The notes under the pieces are model-generated. The model made no database searches and was not told where the DNA came from. It saw only the letters and a list, made by a program, of their open reading frames with translations. Of a DNA stretch of 41,674 nt, positions 6,610 through 16,172 are shown in pieces. How positions within the stretch are numbered: position 1 is the stretch's first letter; each line of letters begins with the position of its first letter. The position numbers and the translations under genes are program-made. The DNA is from Nitrospirota bacterium (GTDB lineage Bacteria; Nitrospirota; Nitrospiria; Nitrospirales; Nitrospiraceae), in NCBI GenBank assembly GCA_963703955.1, contig CAVPGK010000004.1, forward strand, positions 1-41,674, in the 5' to 3' direction.

Positions 6610-9600
6610 CTACTTCAGAGCAGTCGGCACCACCAGGACCGATCCTGGCTCAGGCTGAAGCACGGCTTGCTTCGCGCCCACATCGCCCTTCGACAGCGGC
6701 AGGATGCGCTGGTCGCCGGCCGGCATGACGCGGAAGTAGCCCCATTGCCCGGATTGTGTGTAGGGCAAGCGTTGGTTGGACCAGAGGTAGTCTCCAACCA
6801 GCCGGAACGGACCGCCCGCTCCCTCACGGAGGAAGACATCCAACACCTCCGATCCGGAGTATTCGACCACACTGATCATGTCGGCGCCGGGCATGTACGG
6901 CTCGATGGGCCACTCATGGCCTTCGACCGCAAACATCCCGTTCTGCTCATTATTGGCCCCGATCACGTGAATCCGGACCGGATCACCCGCATGTGCTTCG
7001 ATCAGCGGCGTCACCGGATCTTCCGGCTTGTCCACCGCGCAAGGATGGAACATTCGCCCAAGCGAACAGCCTTGCTCTTCCCGGAACTTGTAGGGTTCCG
7101 ACCGGTAGTTTACCGCCGTCAACCCCGCCACGTTCTGGACATAGGGCATGAAGCTGGTTCCGATGATGTTGTCCTCATCCTGGAAGAACAGGGCTACATC
7201 CCGGTAGTTCACCTTGCCCGCATTTTCCGGAAGGCTTCTGTCCACAATGACGTCGGCCCTCCAGGCGTTCTTGTTCGATAAATCTTCGCCGGTCATCGGA
7301 TCACGATATTTCGACCCTTTCGGCCCGACGATCACGGCGCCAAACAGACCGTTCCGTGGATTCGTCACAATATTGCCACCGTCCCACACCAACGAGGTCG
7401 TCTCCTTGTTGTCCGGATGGGCGTAGTAGCTGTAGGTTCGGCTCTCGCCTGCGGCGATCGTCTGATCGCCCGGATTGTTCCCGACGTTCAGGCCTAACGA
7501 GTCCTTCGGATCGAAGGCCAGGCCCGGCGCAAAGAAGGACGCCCGGCTCGCCTTCATCTTGTTCTTCAGATTCACCTTGATGCAGTCGCCGAGATTCACC
7601 CTCAACGTGAGCGGATTCGGCATGATATTGCTCGCCACCTTCGTGGCTTCCTCTTCCAATGCGAAAATCTTGCCTTCCGGCATGGTCATCTCGATCTTCC
7701 GCTCGAAGTCCACCTCGATCGCGTCCGGCGATTTGGGATTCAGTTTCAACGGGCGATCCAATGCCACCACGTTGAAGGACTTCACCGGCGCATCGGCCGG
7801 GCAAACGTTCTTGGGCACCGTCGGGATGTCCTCAGACTTCGTCCCGGACGGTAACGCCATCAAATCAGACACCTGCTTATCCAGCACGCGGAAGATACCC
7901 CACCCGCCTTCGGCAAAGTGTGAGCTTCGGCCGTTAAAATGGATGTAGTCTCCCGACATGCCCTGGAAGCCACCCGCTTTGGTTACCAGGTCATACCGTT
8001 CGGCGATCCCGACGTGAATCGAGTTCTTCCGATTGGCATCCCCGGCATAGCGCTCGGTCAGGAAGGTGTGGCCCGCAATGGTCCACACGTGGGACTCGTT
8101 CATGAGCTGATGCAGCAGGCGAAATACGACCGTGTCTCCGACGTACGCACGGAGGAGAGGCGTATCGGGATCACCGTGAATCGCGCTGCTGAACAGCTTG
8201 GAAGTGTCGGGATTGTTCGACAGCCGCTGGGCGAACGGCTCTGCGCGGAAATTCAAGCCGCTGCCGGTCGTGTGCGTGCCGCCGTTGATGTACTTGTTGG
8301 GCGCGTTGAGGATCTTCTCCGGCATCGCGAATGACACCGTCTTGCCAGCCTCCAGCGCCACCTCCACCGGCTGTCCAGGAGGATTGCCGGCTTCCACGAT
8401 ATTGACGGTATGCGGAACCGTGTCGTGGATGGACACCATCAGTTCGCGGAAGCTGCCGTTCACGCCGTAGCCGATCGGCTCAGTCGTGTGGATATCCGCG
8501 ATCGGGCCGCTATAGACCTTCTTGCCGGTCTTCGGATCGTGATAGGTCGACCCATAGGGCTCGATCAGCACAACGCCGAACCCGCCATGCGGCCATGTGG
8601 TGGCCCCGAAGGCATGGTCGTGCCAGAACACCGTCCCCAAGTCGGAATCGACCCACCACCGGTAACGGACGAACTCGACGGTGGCAATGTCATTCTTGGG
8701 GTGATCGAATTTCAAGGGCTGGTAGAAGTTGATCGTGTTGCCCTTGATCTCCTTGATCCGCGCGACTTCCGAGCAACTCACGTCCCGTTTGATCGCGCTG
8801 GAGGCATCCTTGCTCGGCTGCAAACAGTCTGCGCCGACCAGCAGCTCCGTATTGAGATGGTACGACGCGGTATCCTTCACCGTGATCGACCGGTCTCCCT
8901 TCTTGGCCGCCGCAGTCAGGACGGTATTCATCGGAGCGGGAAGCCCATGCTTGCCCTTTTTCTCGAGCATCGTGAACGGCCGCATGGACTGCTCATAGGA
9001 CAGTCCGCTGATCACGCCGTCCGACGCCTGGTTATCGAACTGCATGAAGTGAGGATGGATGTTGATCTTCGACGACTGGAAGTTCGTGTAATCGTCGTCA
9101 TCCCATTCACTGGTCAGCACCACGTCCACACAGTCATACACGTTGGCCCGAATGACTGCCGGATACTTCAGGTCGTCGTTCGCCCGGATGGCCTGCTCTT
9201 CCTCATGGAGGACGTAGATCAAGCCGTCCTTGTCGGTGATCGCCGGCTCTTTTCCCTGCTGCTTTGTCAACGTGATGGGCAGGCGAATGAAGTGGAGATT
9301 GTATGCCCTTCGGTTCGCATTATCGGGGCAGAGGCTCCAACGTCCCTGCTCGCCCGGCTTCGCCGGCTCGGCGGTCCGCTCGCCGTTCTCGTCCTGGTGG
9401 ATCATGTCCAGCCAGGGGGCCCCGTTGTGGTTCGGTGGGAACATGATGCGTTTCCCGAAGTGTGGCTTCACCAATGGGAAGGAGACTTTGCCGGTCTTAG
9501 GTTCAAAGAGAATGGCCGGCCTGGTGCTGTCGTCCCACTTAGCAGCGGAGGGATACTTCGGATTTTTGGCGGTGCTCTCCCGTTCCCCAAGCGCCTTGTT

Positions 9601-11529
9601 GCCGTCCCACTTCCAATCCCACACCGTGGCGTCATAGGCCATGATCTGGCCCTTCTCATCGTCCTTGTGACCGGGCTTGCCCATCGTGGGCACCTGCATT
9701 TCGACCCAGTCCTTGATGGTTACGACGCCGGCTTTCCAATCGGTCTTCTGGCTCTTGTCGACAATCTGGAAGGTCTTCCCGAACCAATCGACGGTCTTTC
9801 CGACGAGCTTGTCGGAAGTCAGGCCGACCTTCATCCGACCCGCCCGATCCGGCAGCTCACGCATGTCCGGCATCGTGTCCGTGTGGTGCTGGCCGACCTG
9901 CAGCGTGTTATAGGTACGGCCGTAGCCCCACATCCCCGCCACATAGTGGTGCGCCACGTGGCAGTGGAAGAGAAAATCGCCGGCCAATTGCTGACAGAGA
10001 CCGGACCCACACTCGTTTTCGAGGTCCAGCGCCTCAGACGGTCCGATCACTTCAACGTCCACGCGATCCGTCTTCGTCCGGACAACCGGATACTTCACCG
10101 GTCCGTCCTTGGCCGTCGCCCACAGCTCCTGATCGACCGCACGCGGGCTGCGCGGCCAGCGGATGGAGCCGCCATGCGGATGGTGGGAATGAAACACTTC
10201 GGATCCGCCATGCACGATCCGCCACTTGACCGGATCGCCGAGGTAGGCTCGTGGAATCGTCGTCGGCGCATCACCGAACGTATAGGCGCTGTAGGCCAGC
10301 GACTCGTCCTCAAAGCCAAAGTATTCGTGCTGCAGGTGCATCTCATCGATGCCGAACGGCTCGCTGCGATAGTTGAGCGCGCGGCCGCCCGGACGGTAGG
10401 CATCGGTCAGCGGATCGCGCTGAGGCAGAAAGTCACCCTTCTTGTTCAACGGACGGAAGGCTTCATCGCCGATCTCGTGGTAGAAGATGACGTGCTCGCG
10501 GAAGTCCGGACCGGACCCGTTGTCGATCATGACCTGCCAGCCGCTCTTGGCTTCCGTCGGGGTACCCGTGCCGAGCGGTTCTAAATACTTCGACCCTCTC
10601 GGCTCTACGACAAAGGCGCCGAACAGCCCCATCACCGTCAACTCCCGGTCATTGCTATAGGAATGGAACTGCCGGACACCTTCCTGAATCCCCGGCTGCA
10701 GGTACCACTCCAGCTCCACCGTCTTGCCAGCGTCCACGATCGAGTCCGGATTGGTGGTCGTCGCGGCCTTCCCGGTGGCGCTGACAACCATGCTCGACCC
10801 GTGGATGTGGAGGCTGCCGGATTCATCCGCCATCTGGTTCCGCAATGTGATCTTGACGCAATCGCCCTGGTTGCCCCGAATGACCAGCGGCTGAATGTAG
10901 TCGCCCTGCAGACCGGTGCTGACGGCGCCCGGGTCCCATTCAGTTTCCCGAGCCGCCTTGTTCTTGGCCTCCTCGGCCCGCACCTTATCGATGTTCTCGG
11001 TCAGCACGTACATATAGCCCGGATAGTAGTCCTGCCACCGGTTCAGCGTGATCTCCACCGGAATCATCGAGACGTCATAGTGCTTCACCGGACCGGCGGA
11101 TGGGCACTTACCGCCGGCCATGCCCACCGGCTCAGCCTTGCTATCCGATGCCAACAGAAAACTAGACCCGTCCTGGCCCATGTACTGGTGCATCATGGAC
11201 ATGCCGTTATAGCCGCCGGACGTCCATTGAGCCGATGCCTGATCCGACATCTGCTGTTCCATCTGGCGCATCAAGCGATGGTGTTGCAGGTCGACCTGCT
11301 CGGACCGACCGGCCCGCCCCTCGATGGCATCCTCCACCCGGGTCTGGCCCTTGAGCGCCTCGGCCCAATTCGAGCCCGACACGGCAATAGCGTGTCCCTG
11401 ATGACTTTCTCCCGTAGACTCTGCAGCAAACAGCCCCGGTGAAACGATCAGACCACTCGCCAGCAGCGTCATCGACGCCAGCGCCGCTCTTCGGGCACTA
11501 CGTCTATGTTGTAATTGAAAACCCCTCAT
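6610..11529 (-). CDS. Giant multi-cupredoxin-domain multicopper oxidase (MnxG-like), 1639 aa
   Basis: HIHG, HSHHPHG, HCHVAHHYVAGM, HPH and WHDH copper motifs; repeated cupredoxin-like units (PLVIRGNQGDCVKITL, PLTLRVNLGDCIKVNL, NYRSEP); N-terminal RR plus hydrophobic signal; RBS GGAGG. Confidence 0.92.
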   Translation of the reverse strand: MRGFQLQHRRSARRAALASMTLLASGLIVSPGLFAAESTGESHQGHAIAVSGSNWAEALKGQTRVEDAIEGRAGRSEQVDLQHHRLMRQMEQQMSDQASAQWTSGGYNGMSMMHQYMGQDGSSFLLASDSKAEPVGMAGGKCPSAGPVKHYDVSMIPVEITLNRWQDYYPGYMYVLTENIDKVRAEEAKNKAARETEWDPGAVSTGLQGDYIQPLVIRGNQGDCVKITLRNQMADESGSLHIHGSSMVVSATGKAATTTNPDSIVDAGKTVELEWYLQPGIQEGVRQFHSYSNDRELTVMGLFGAFVVEPRGSKYLEPLGTGTPTEAKSGWQVMIDNGSGPDFREHVIFYHEIGDEAFRPLNKKGDFLPQRDPLTDAYRPGGRALNYRSEPFGIDEMHLQHEYFGFEDESLAYSAYTFGDAPTTIPRAYLGDPVKWRIVHGGSEVFHSHHPHGGSIRWPRSPRAVDQELWATAKDGPVKYPVVRTKTDRVDVEVIGPSEALDLENECGSGLCQQLAGDFLFHCHVAHHYVAGMWGYGRTYNTLQVGQHHTDTMPDMRELPDRAGRMKVGLTSDKLVGKTVDWFGKTFQIVDKSQKTDWKAGVVTIKDWVEMQVPTMGKPGHKDDEKGQIMAYDATVWDWKWDGNKALGERESTAKNPKYPSAAKWDDSTRPAILFEPKTGKVSFPLVKPHFGKRIMFPPNHNGAPWLDMIHQDENGERTAEPAKPGEQGRWSLCPDNANRRAYNLHFIRLPITLTKQQGKEPAITDKDGLIYVLHEEEQAIRANDDLKYPAVIRANVYDCVDVVLTSEWDDDDYTNFQSSKINIHPHFMQFDNQASDGVISGLSYEQSMRPFTMLEKKGKHGLPAPMNTVLTAAAKKGDRSITVKDTASYHLNTELLVGADCLQPSKDASSAIKRDVSCSEVARIKEIKGNTINFYQPLKFDHPKNDIATVEFVRYRWWVDSDLGTVFWHDHAFGATTWPHGGFGVVLIEPYGSTYHDPKTGKKVYSGPIADIHTTEPIGYGVNGSFRELMVSIHDTVPHTVNIVEAGNPPGQPVEVALEAGKTVSFAMPEKILNAPNKYINGGTHTTGSGLNFRAEPFAQRLSNNPDTSKLFSSAIHGDPDTPLLRAYVGDTVVFRLLHQLMNESHVWTIAGHTFLTERYAGDANRKNSIHVGIAERYDLVTKAGGFQGMSGDYIHFNGRSSHFAEGGWGIFRVLDKQVSDLMALPSGTKSEDIPTVPKNVCPADAPVKSFNVVALDRPLKLNPKSPDAIEVDFERKIEMTMPEGKIFALEEEATKVASNIMPNPLTLRVNLGDCIKVNLKNKMKASRASFFAPGLAFDPKDSLGLNVGNNPGDQTIAAGESRTYSYYAHPDNKETTSLVWDGGNIVTNPRNGLFGAVIVGPKGSKYRDPMTGEDLSNKNAWRADVIVDRSLPENAGKVNYRDVALFFQDEDNIIGTSFMPYVQNVAGLTAVNYRSEPYKFREEQGCSLGRMFHPCAVDKPEDPVTPLIEAHAGDPVRIHVIGANNEQNGMFAVEGHEWPIEPYMPGADMISVVEYSGSEVLDVFLREGAGGPFRLVGDYLWSNQRLPYTQSGQWGYFRVMPAGDQRILPLSKGDVGAKQAVLQPEPGSVLVVPTALK

Positions 11530-11777
11530 GACACGGCCTCCTTTCGATCACTAGCTAACAGCTCGTGGCCGGTAGCTAACAGTACAGAATGAAAATGTCA
11601 CAAGCCACGATTGTCAGCTTCAAACTCGACCCTGCCGGCCTTTTGTTCGAGCTATCAGCTATTCGTTGCCAGCCATATGCTTCAAAATTTGAGCTGGTGA
11701 AGGATTCCTCTTGCGAGGAGTCGGGTCATTCGGAGGCCGGTCCTAATTTCCCTGCCTTCACCAGCGCCGCTACATGG

Positions 11778-11793
11778 CGCAACCAGCATGCCT
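11778..11793 (-). promoter_or_regulatory. sigma-54 -24/-12 promoter for the oxidase operon
   Basis: AGGCATGCTGGTTGCG = GG-N10-GC with GGCA and TTGC context. Confidence 0.6.
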
Positions 11794-11889
11794 GGTGCGA
11801 TCGGAGAGCCGGGAAACGAATTTTCGTCGGTCGCAGAAGGGCTTAGCGTGTTTCAAAGAGGAACGGCGCGAAGAACGGCTTGGTGAGTA

Positions 11890-11972
11890 TTCCACAGACT
11901 TAGACAACCTCAAGCGAAATGACTTGAGGCGGTGAATGATTTCAAGAGGATGGGTTGTCCAAATCCTTGGAC
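11890..11972. promoter_or_regulatory. Putative enhancer (UAS) palindromes
   Basis: Perfect GTCCAA-ATCC-TTGGAC (11957-11972) and degenerate TTCCAC-AGAC-TTAGAC (11890-11905), ~100-180 bp upstream of the sigma-54 site. Confidence 0.5.
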
Positions 11973-12166
11973 GGCTCAACGTGGAAAAGTGGGGCAGGAC
12001 GGGGCAGAGGGAAGAGAGTAAGAGGAGTGCGCTTCATCCTCGTGCAACCCGCATGATCGGAACGCGCGCACTCGTGGAGGGCCGGGTTTAGTCCGGTCAC
12101 CCACACTCATTCAGTCCGCCACCAATGTACAAGAAGAGAACATCTGAAAGAAGAAGGCAGGCCGGA

Positions 12167-13570
12167 TTAGTCGATGCTGTAGGCGCGTAGTTTATTGTAG
12201 AGGCCGGCTCGGCTGATCTTCAGCATCTTCGCCAGTCGCGTCCTGTTCCCCGAGACCTGGCGCAAGGCCTCGAGAATGCGCGCTCGCTCTGCTTGTTGAG
12301 CCGCACCACGGGACACGCTCCGAAGATCGTCGGGGAGAGGAGCCATCGCCAAGTTCGCGACATCCTTACACGTCAGCTCAGACCCACTGGTCGTCACGAT
12401 CACTCGTTCGATGAAATGTTGCAGCTCACGGATGTTGCCCGGCCACGGCGCGTGAATCAGAGTCTGCATGGCCTCCATTGTGATACGGCGCACCGGCTTG
12501 CGATGCCGCTTGCAGGAGGCTGCGACAAAGTGCGAGACCAGCAAGGGAATATCGTCGCGCCTCTCCCGGAGCGGAGCGAGGAAGAGCGGTAACACCGCGA
12601 GCCGGTAGTAGAGGTCGTGACGAAACGCCCTTGTTTTGACCAATTCCAGCAAATCCTTGTTGGTTGCCGAGATGACCCGCACGTCCACCTTGCTCGGCCG
12701 GCTGCTACCGACCGGCTTGATCTCGCCCTCCTGAATGACCCGCAGCAGCTTCGCTTGAAACTGGGGGGTGGTGTCCGCAATTTCATCCAAAAAGATCGTC
12801 CCGCCGTGGGCCTCATCAAACAGGCCCCGTTTTGAAGACACGGCGCCGGTAAAGGAACCCTTGACGTGGCCGAACAGCTCGCTTTCCAGAAGGGTCTCCG
12901 GTAACGAGCCGCAGTCGACGACCACAAAGGGCCGGTCCCGGCGGTGGCTGAGCCGGTGAATGGTCCGAGCCACGAGCTCCTTACCTGTTCCGCTTTCTCC
13001 CTGAACCAGGACTGTGGCTTGGCTGTCGGCGACCAGCCGAATCATTTCGAACACTTCACGCATGGAGGGACTACGGCCTATCAGGTCACCGAGCCGACAC
13101 TCACTGAGCTCCGGCGGAGTTTCATCCCCCGGTCCGTTCCGGGACGGCCGCCGATGTGGAGTCGCTTCCTCAGCGCTGCTCTTGACGAGAACCAACACGG
13201 CGGCCTCCTCTCCCTGGCTGGACAAGAGAGGAAACGCTTGGTGCATCCCGCAGGCCATTCCATCGCCGCCGGTTGAGTAGGAAACCGATTCCACGTCTGC
13301 AGATTCGAACACCTTGGTCGCAGGACAGGCCTCACACGGATCGGTACGTTGCAGAAGTGCCTCGTAGCATTTTGCCGGACGAAGGTGGCCTTCGCCCAGA
13401 TCACTCCCGGCCCAACTCGATCGGCTGGCATAGATGATCGTGAGATCCCGGTCGAGGACCATCACTCGGTCGGACACACGGTCCGCGAGCAGCTTGAGCG
13501 CCTCCAGGCGGGCAGCCAACACGGGGTCAGCAAAAGGAGAACAAATGTTGTGCGCTTGAGATCCGGCCAT
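12167..13570 (-). CDS. sigma-54-dependent activator with N-terminal PAS-like Cys-containing domain (PAS-AAA+-Fis HTH)
   Basis: GESGTGKE, ESELFGHVKGSFTGA, FLDEI, PWPGNIREL, C-terminal HTH; KCY...PCEACP in the N-terminus; start 13570 (RBS AAGGA) or 13657. Confidence 0.92.
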   Translation of the reverse strand: MAGSQAHNICSPFADPVLAARLEALKLLADRVSDRVMVLDRDLTIIYASRSSWAGSDLGEGHLRPAKCYEALLQRTDPCEACPATKVFESADVESVSYSTGGDGMACGMHQAFPLLSSQGEEAAVLVLVKSSAEEATPHRRPSRNGPGDETPPELSECRLGDLIGRSPSMREVFEMIRLVADSQATVLVQGESGTGKELVARTIHRLSHRRDRPFVVVDCGSLPETLLESELFGHVKGSFTGAVSSKRGLFDEAHGGTIFLDEIADTTPQFQAKLLRVIQEGEIKPVGSSRPSKVDVRVISATNKDLLELVKTRAFRHDLYYRLAVLPLFLAPLRERRDDIPLLVSHFVAASCKRHRKPVRRITMEAMQTLIHAPWPGNIRELQHFIERVIVTTSGSELTCKDVANLAMAPLPDDLRSVSRGAAQQAERARILEALRQVSGNRTRLAKMLKISRAGLYNKLRAYSID

Positions 13571-13619
13571 CTCGCGCGATCCTTTTCTGTGTGTGCTCCG
13601 ACTCGTTCGTCTTGTGCGT

Positions 13620-14027
13620 TCAGCCTTCCGTCGACGAAGTCGGTGAGTGGTGTCCATCTCTTTCCAGCAGGCGCTGAATAGCGGCCTTCAGCTCGGCAAT
13701 CCGAACGGGCTTATCGAAATACGCCGCAACCCCGGCTTGGACAGCCTGGGTCCTGGTCTCAGAGCTGCCGAACGCCGTCATCAAGATAACTGGACAGACG
13801 GGCGCCAAGCTCCGGATGCGGGCCAGATAGTCCAGTCCTCCGGCGGGCATCCGAAGATCGGTGAGGATCAGATCGGGGCAACGCTCGGTAATACGCTGGA
13901 GAGCCTCATCCCCATCCCCTGCTTCCATGATCCGATAGCCCAAATCCCATAATTCGTCGCAGAGGAGGCTGCGCATTGCGTTATCATCTTCAACCACGAG
14001 CAAGACAACAGGTTGTGTTACTTTCAC
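13620..14027 (-). CDS. Single-domain response regulator
   Basis: VVEDD, ILTDLRMP, MTAFG, FDKP; GTG start at 14027 after GAGGAGG. Confidence 0.9.
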   Translation of the reverse strand: MKVTQPVVLLVVEDDNAMRSLLCDELWDLGYRIMEAGDGDEALQRITERCPDLILTDLRMPAGGLDYLARIRSLAPVCPVILMTAFGSSETRTQAVQAGVAAYFDKPVRIAELKAAIQRLLERDGHHSPTSSTEG

Positions 14028-14083
14028 CGCCGCCTCCTCCACGAGAACTGGTTGATGGCTGGTTTGGTCTAATACCTGGTTTC

Positions 14084-14099
14084 CGCAATCATCATGCCA
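14084..14099 (-). promoter_or_regulatory. sigma-54 -24/-12 promoter
   Basis: TGGCATGATGATTGCG, near-consensus, 57 bp upstream of the 14027 start. Confidence 0.75.
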
Positions 14100-14178
14100 A
14101 ATGTTTTTCTCCGTCATGTGGGAGGACTCGTGGGATTGGCCCAGTTTTCCAGCGAAAATAGGAAACATGCTGGCGGTG

Positions 14179-14229
14179 ATGGTGACAAAGACCACACCAG
14201 CCGGAAGCCCCAGTGGCGCGAGATGCCAC
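14179..14229. promoter_or_regulatory. Paired enhancer-like palindromes
   Basis: ATGGT-N7-ACCAC (14179-14195) and GTGGC-N7-GCCAC (14213-14229), ~80-130 bp upstream of the sigma-54 site. Confidence 0.45.
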
Positions 14230-14308
14230 ACTTTATGGTTCATGGTCCTGAGGAACGAGGGGCGAGGAATGAGAGGGGCAGAAACCTGAGCCCGCAGCAC
14301 TCAGTCCG

Positions 14309-16084
14309 TTAGGTTTGATGAATTGGAAGATATAGCGCAAACGTGGTGCCGCGTCCCGGCTGGCTCTCAACGGTGATGGATCCCCCGTGCTCCTGGACGA
14401 TGCCATGGACCACCGTGAGACCGAGGCCCGTCCCCTTCCCCACGTCCTTGGTCGTAAAGAACGGATCAAAAATCTTGGGCAGATGCTCCGGTGGAATGCC
14501 CTGCCCCGAATCCGTCACGGTCATTCGTACGTGATCACCCGCCACATCCAGTTCCAGACGAAGCGTCCCGCCTTCGGGCATGGCGTGGACTGCGTTAATG
14601 AACAGGTTGAGTAAGACTTGAGTCATCTGGTCCGGGTCAGCGTGCACCAACGGCACGCCTGGCTCGAACCTCGTCTCAACGTGAATCTGGTGTCGTTTGA
14701 GGCGATCCTCCAGCACATCCAGCGCGTCCTTGATCGTATGCCTCAAGTCGATCGCCCGCCGTTGGATCGGCCGCCGCCTGGCGAAGGTCAGGAGCTGATT
14801 CATGATCCTGGTGATCCGCTCCACCTGTGTGATGATGATCTCCAATCCTTTCTTTGTCGTTTCATCCACAGTTCGCCGCATGAGATACTCGGCCCGTCCC
14901 AGGATCACATTCATCGGCGTGCCGATTTCATGCGCCATTCCCGAAGCCAGGGTCCCCAGTTCGGCGACCCGCTCGGTCCTCCGGAGCTGTTCCCGCATCT
15001 GTTTGAGATCGGTGACATCTAGGCCGGTGCCGATGATGTATTCAACGTCCCTCTGATTGTTCAGCATAATGGTGTTCGACCAGGTGATGAGACGGCGCTT
15101 TCTCTCTTTGGTCACCCAATAATTGGCGTGATTGTTCGATAGCTGACCGCCGCGCAGCGCCTGAAAGATGGCTTTCACGGGCTCGGTCTCTTCCGGAAGC
15201 AACAGAAAATCCCAGACCTTTTTTTCTTTCACCTCTTGGAACGTATACCCGGTCGTCTTCTCACAGGCTCGATTGAAGCGAAGAATGCGTCCGTCGGTAT
15301 CGAGAACGACCACCAACGCACCCGCTGTGTCGAGAACCGCAGTGATAAAGTCACGCTCTTTTTGCAGCGTCTGCTGAGCCTTCTGTCCTTCGGTAATGTC
15401 CCGCATGATCACGGTATAGAGTTTTCCGCCGCCCGTACTGGTTTGAGAGATAGAGGCCTCGACGGGGAACTCTTCGCCGTCCGCCCGCAGCCCGATCACA
15501 GATCCCAACGCGCCCATGCGCCGATTGGTCACCTCGGTTTCCCCGAAATGGCGGACGTGGTCACGGTGCGCATCTCGGAATCGCTCCGGAAGAAACCGAT
15601 CGATCGACTCCCCTAGCGCCTCGGCGGCGGAACAGCCAAACATGCGTTCGGCAGCCGGGTTGAAGAGCGTGATGTGTTGTTTTTCATCGATGGTGATAAT
15701 GGCATCCATGGCCGATTGCAGGATGCCGCCGAGCTGCCCTTCCGCGGTGCGAAGCCCGGTTTGTGCCTGAGTCCGCTGGAGGTAGAGGAGCGTGGCCGCC
15801 CAGATCACGAACATCGTCAGCGCCCTGTTCAAGAAAACCTTTTCCGGGGTCCCGCCGGGCGGCGAATACAGACCTCCGAGACCGGTGAGCACCGTACAGA
15901 CCATCGCGAACAGAAGAATCGGCAATCGCTCGGAGGACCGGAACAAGATCATGAGCGGGAGAAGGTAGAGGACACCGACCGCGACGCCATTTTGAGCCAT
16001 CAGGTCAACGGCAAAGATGCAGATGGCCAATGCGACGGTGATCGCGACGTACAGGGGACTTAATGGTTGTCTACCTTCCATCAT
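14309..16084 (-). CDS. Membrane-bound PAS-PAS sensor histidine kinase
   Basis: N-terminal TM helices, two PAS domains, H-box AHEIGTP, N-box NLFINA, DSGQG, FFTTK, GTGLGL. Confidence 0.95.
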   Translation of the reverse strand: MMEGRQPLSPLYVAITVALAICIFAVDLMAQNGVAVGVLYLLPLMILFRSSERLPILLFAMVCTVLTGLGGLYSPPGGTPEKVFLNRALTMFVIWAATLLYLQRTQAQTGLRTAEGQLGGILQSAMDAIITIDEKQHITLFNPAAERMFGCSAAEALGESIDRFLPERFRDAHRDHVRHFGETEVTNRRMGALGSVIGLRADGEEFPVEASISQTSTGGGKLYTVIMRDITEGQKAQQTLQKERDFITAVLDTAGALVVVLDTDGRILRFNRACEKTTGYTFQEVKEKKVWDFLLLPEETEPVKAIFQALRGGQLSNNHANYWVTKERKRRLITWSNTIMLNNQRDVEYIIGTGLDVTDLKQMREQLRRTERVAELGTLASGMAHEIGTPMNVILGRAEYLMRRTVDETTKKGLEIIITQVERITRIMNQLLTFARRRPIQRRAIDLRHTIKDALDVLEDRLKRHQIHVETRFEPGVPLVHADPDQMTQVLLNLFINAVHAMPEGGTLRLELDVAGDHVRMTVTDSGQGIPPEHLPKIFDPFFTTKDVGKGTGLGLTVVHGIVQEHGGSITVESQPGRGTTFALYLPIHQT

Positions 16085-16172
16085 CAGTGGCTGCTAGGTA
16101 TGGGAGGCATCGAGGGACTGTTGCGCCTACGAGAATGTCGTGGCCGGACAAGATGCTCTTGGGGTGCGAGAC

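Noticed and set aside
8410..10584. 724-aa plus-strand ORF
   Set aside because: Antisense shadow of the multicopper oxidase in GC-rich DNA; no recognisable motifs
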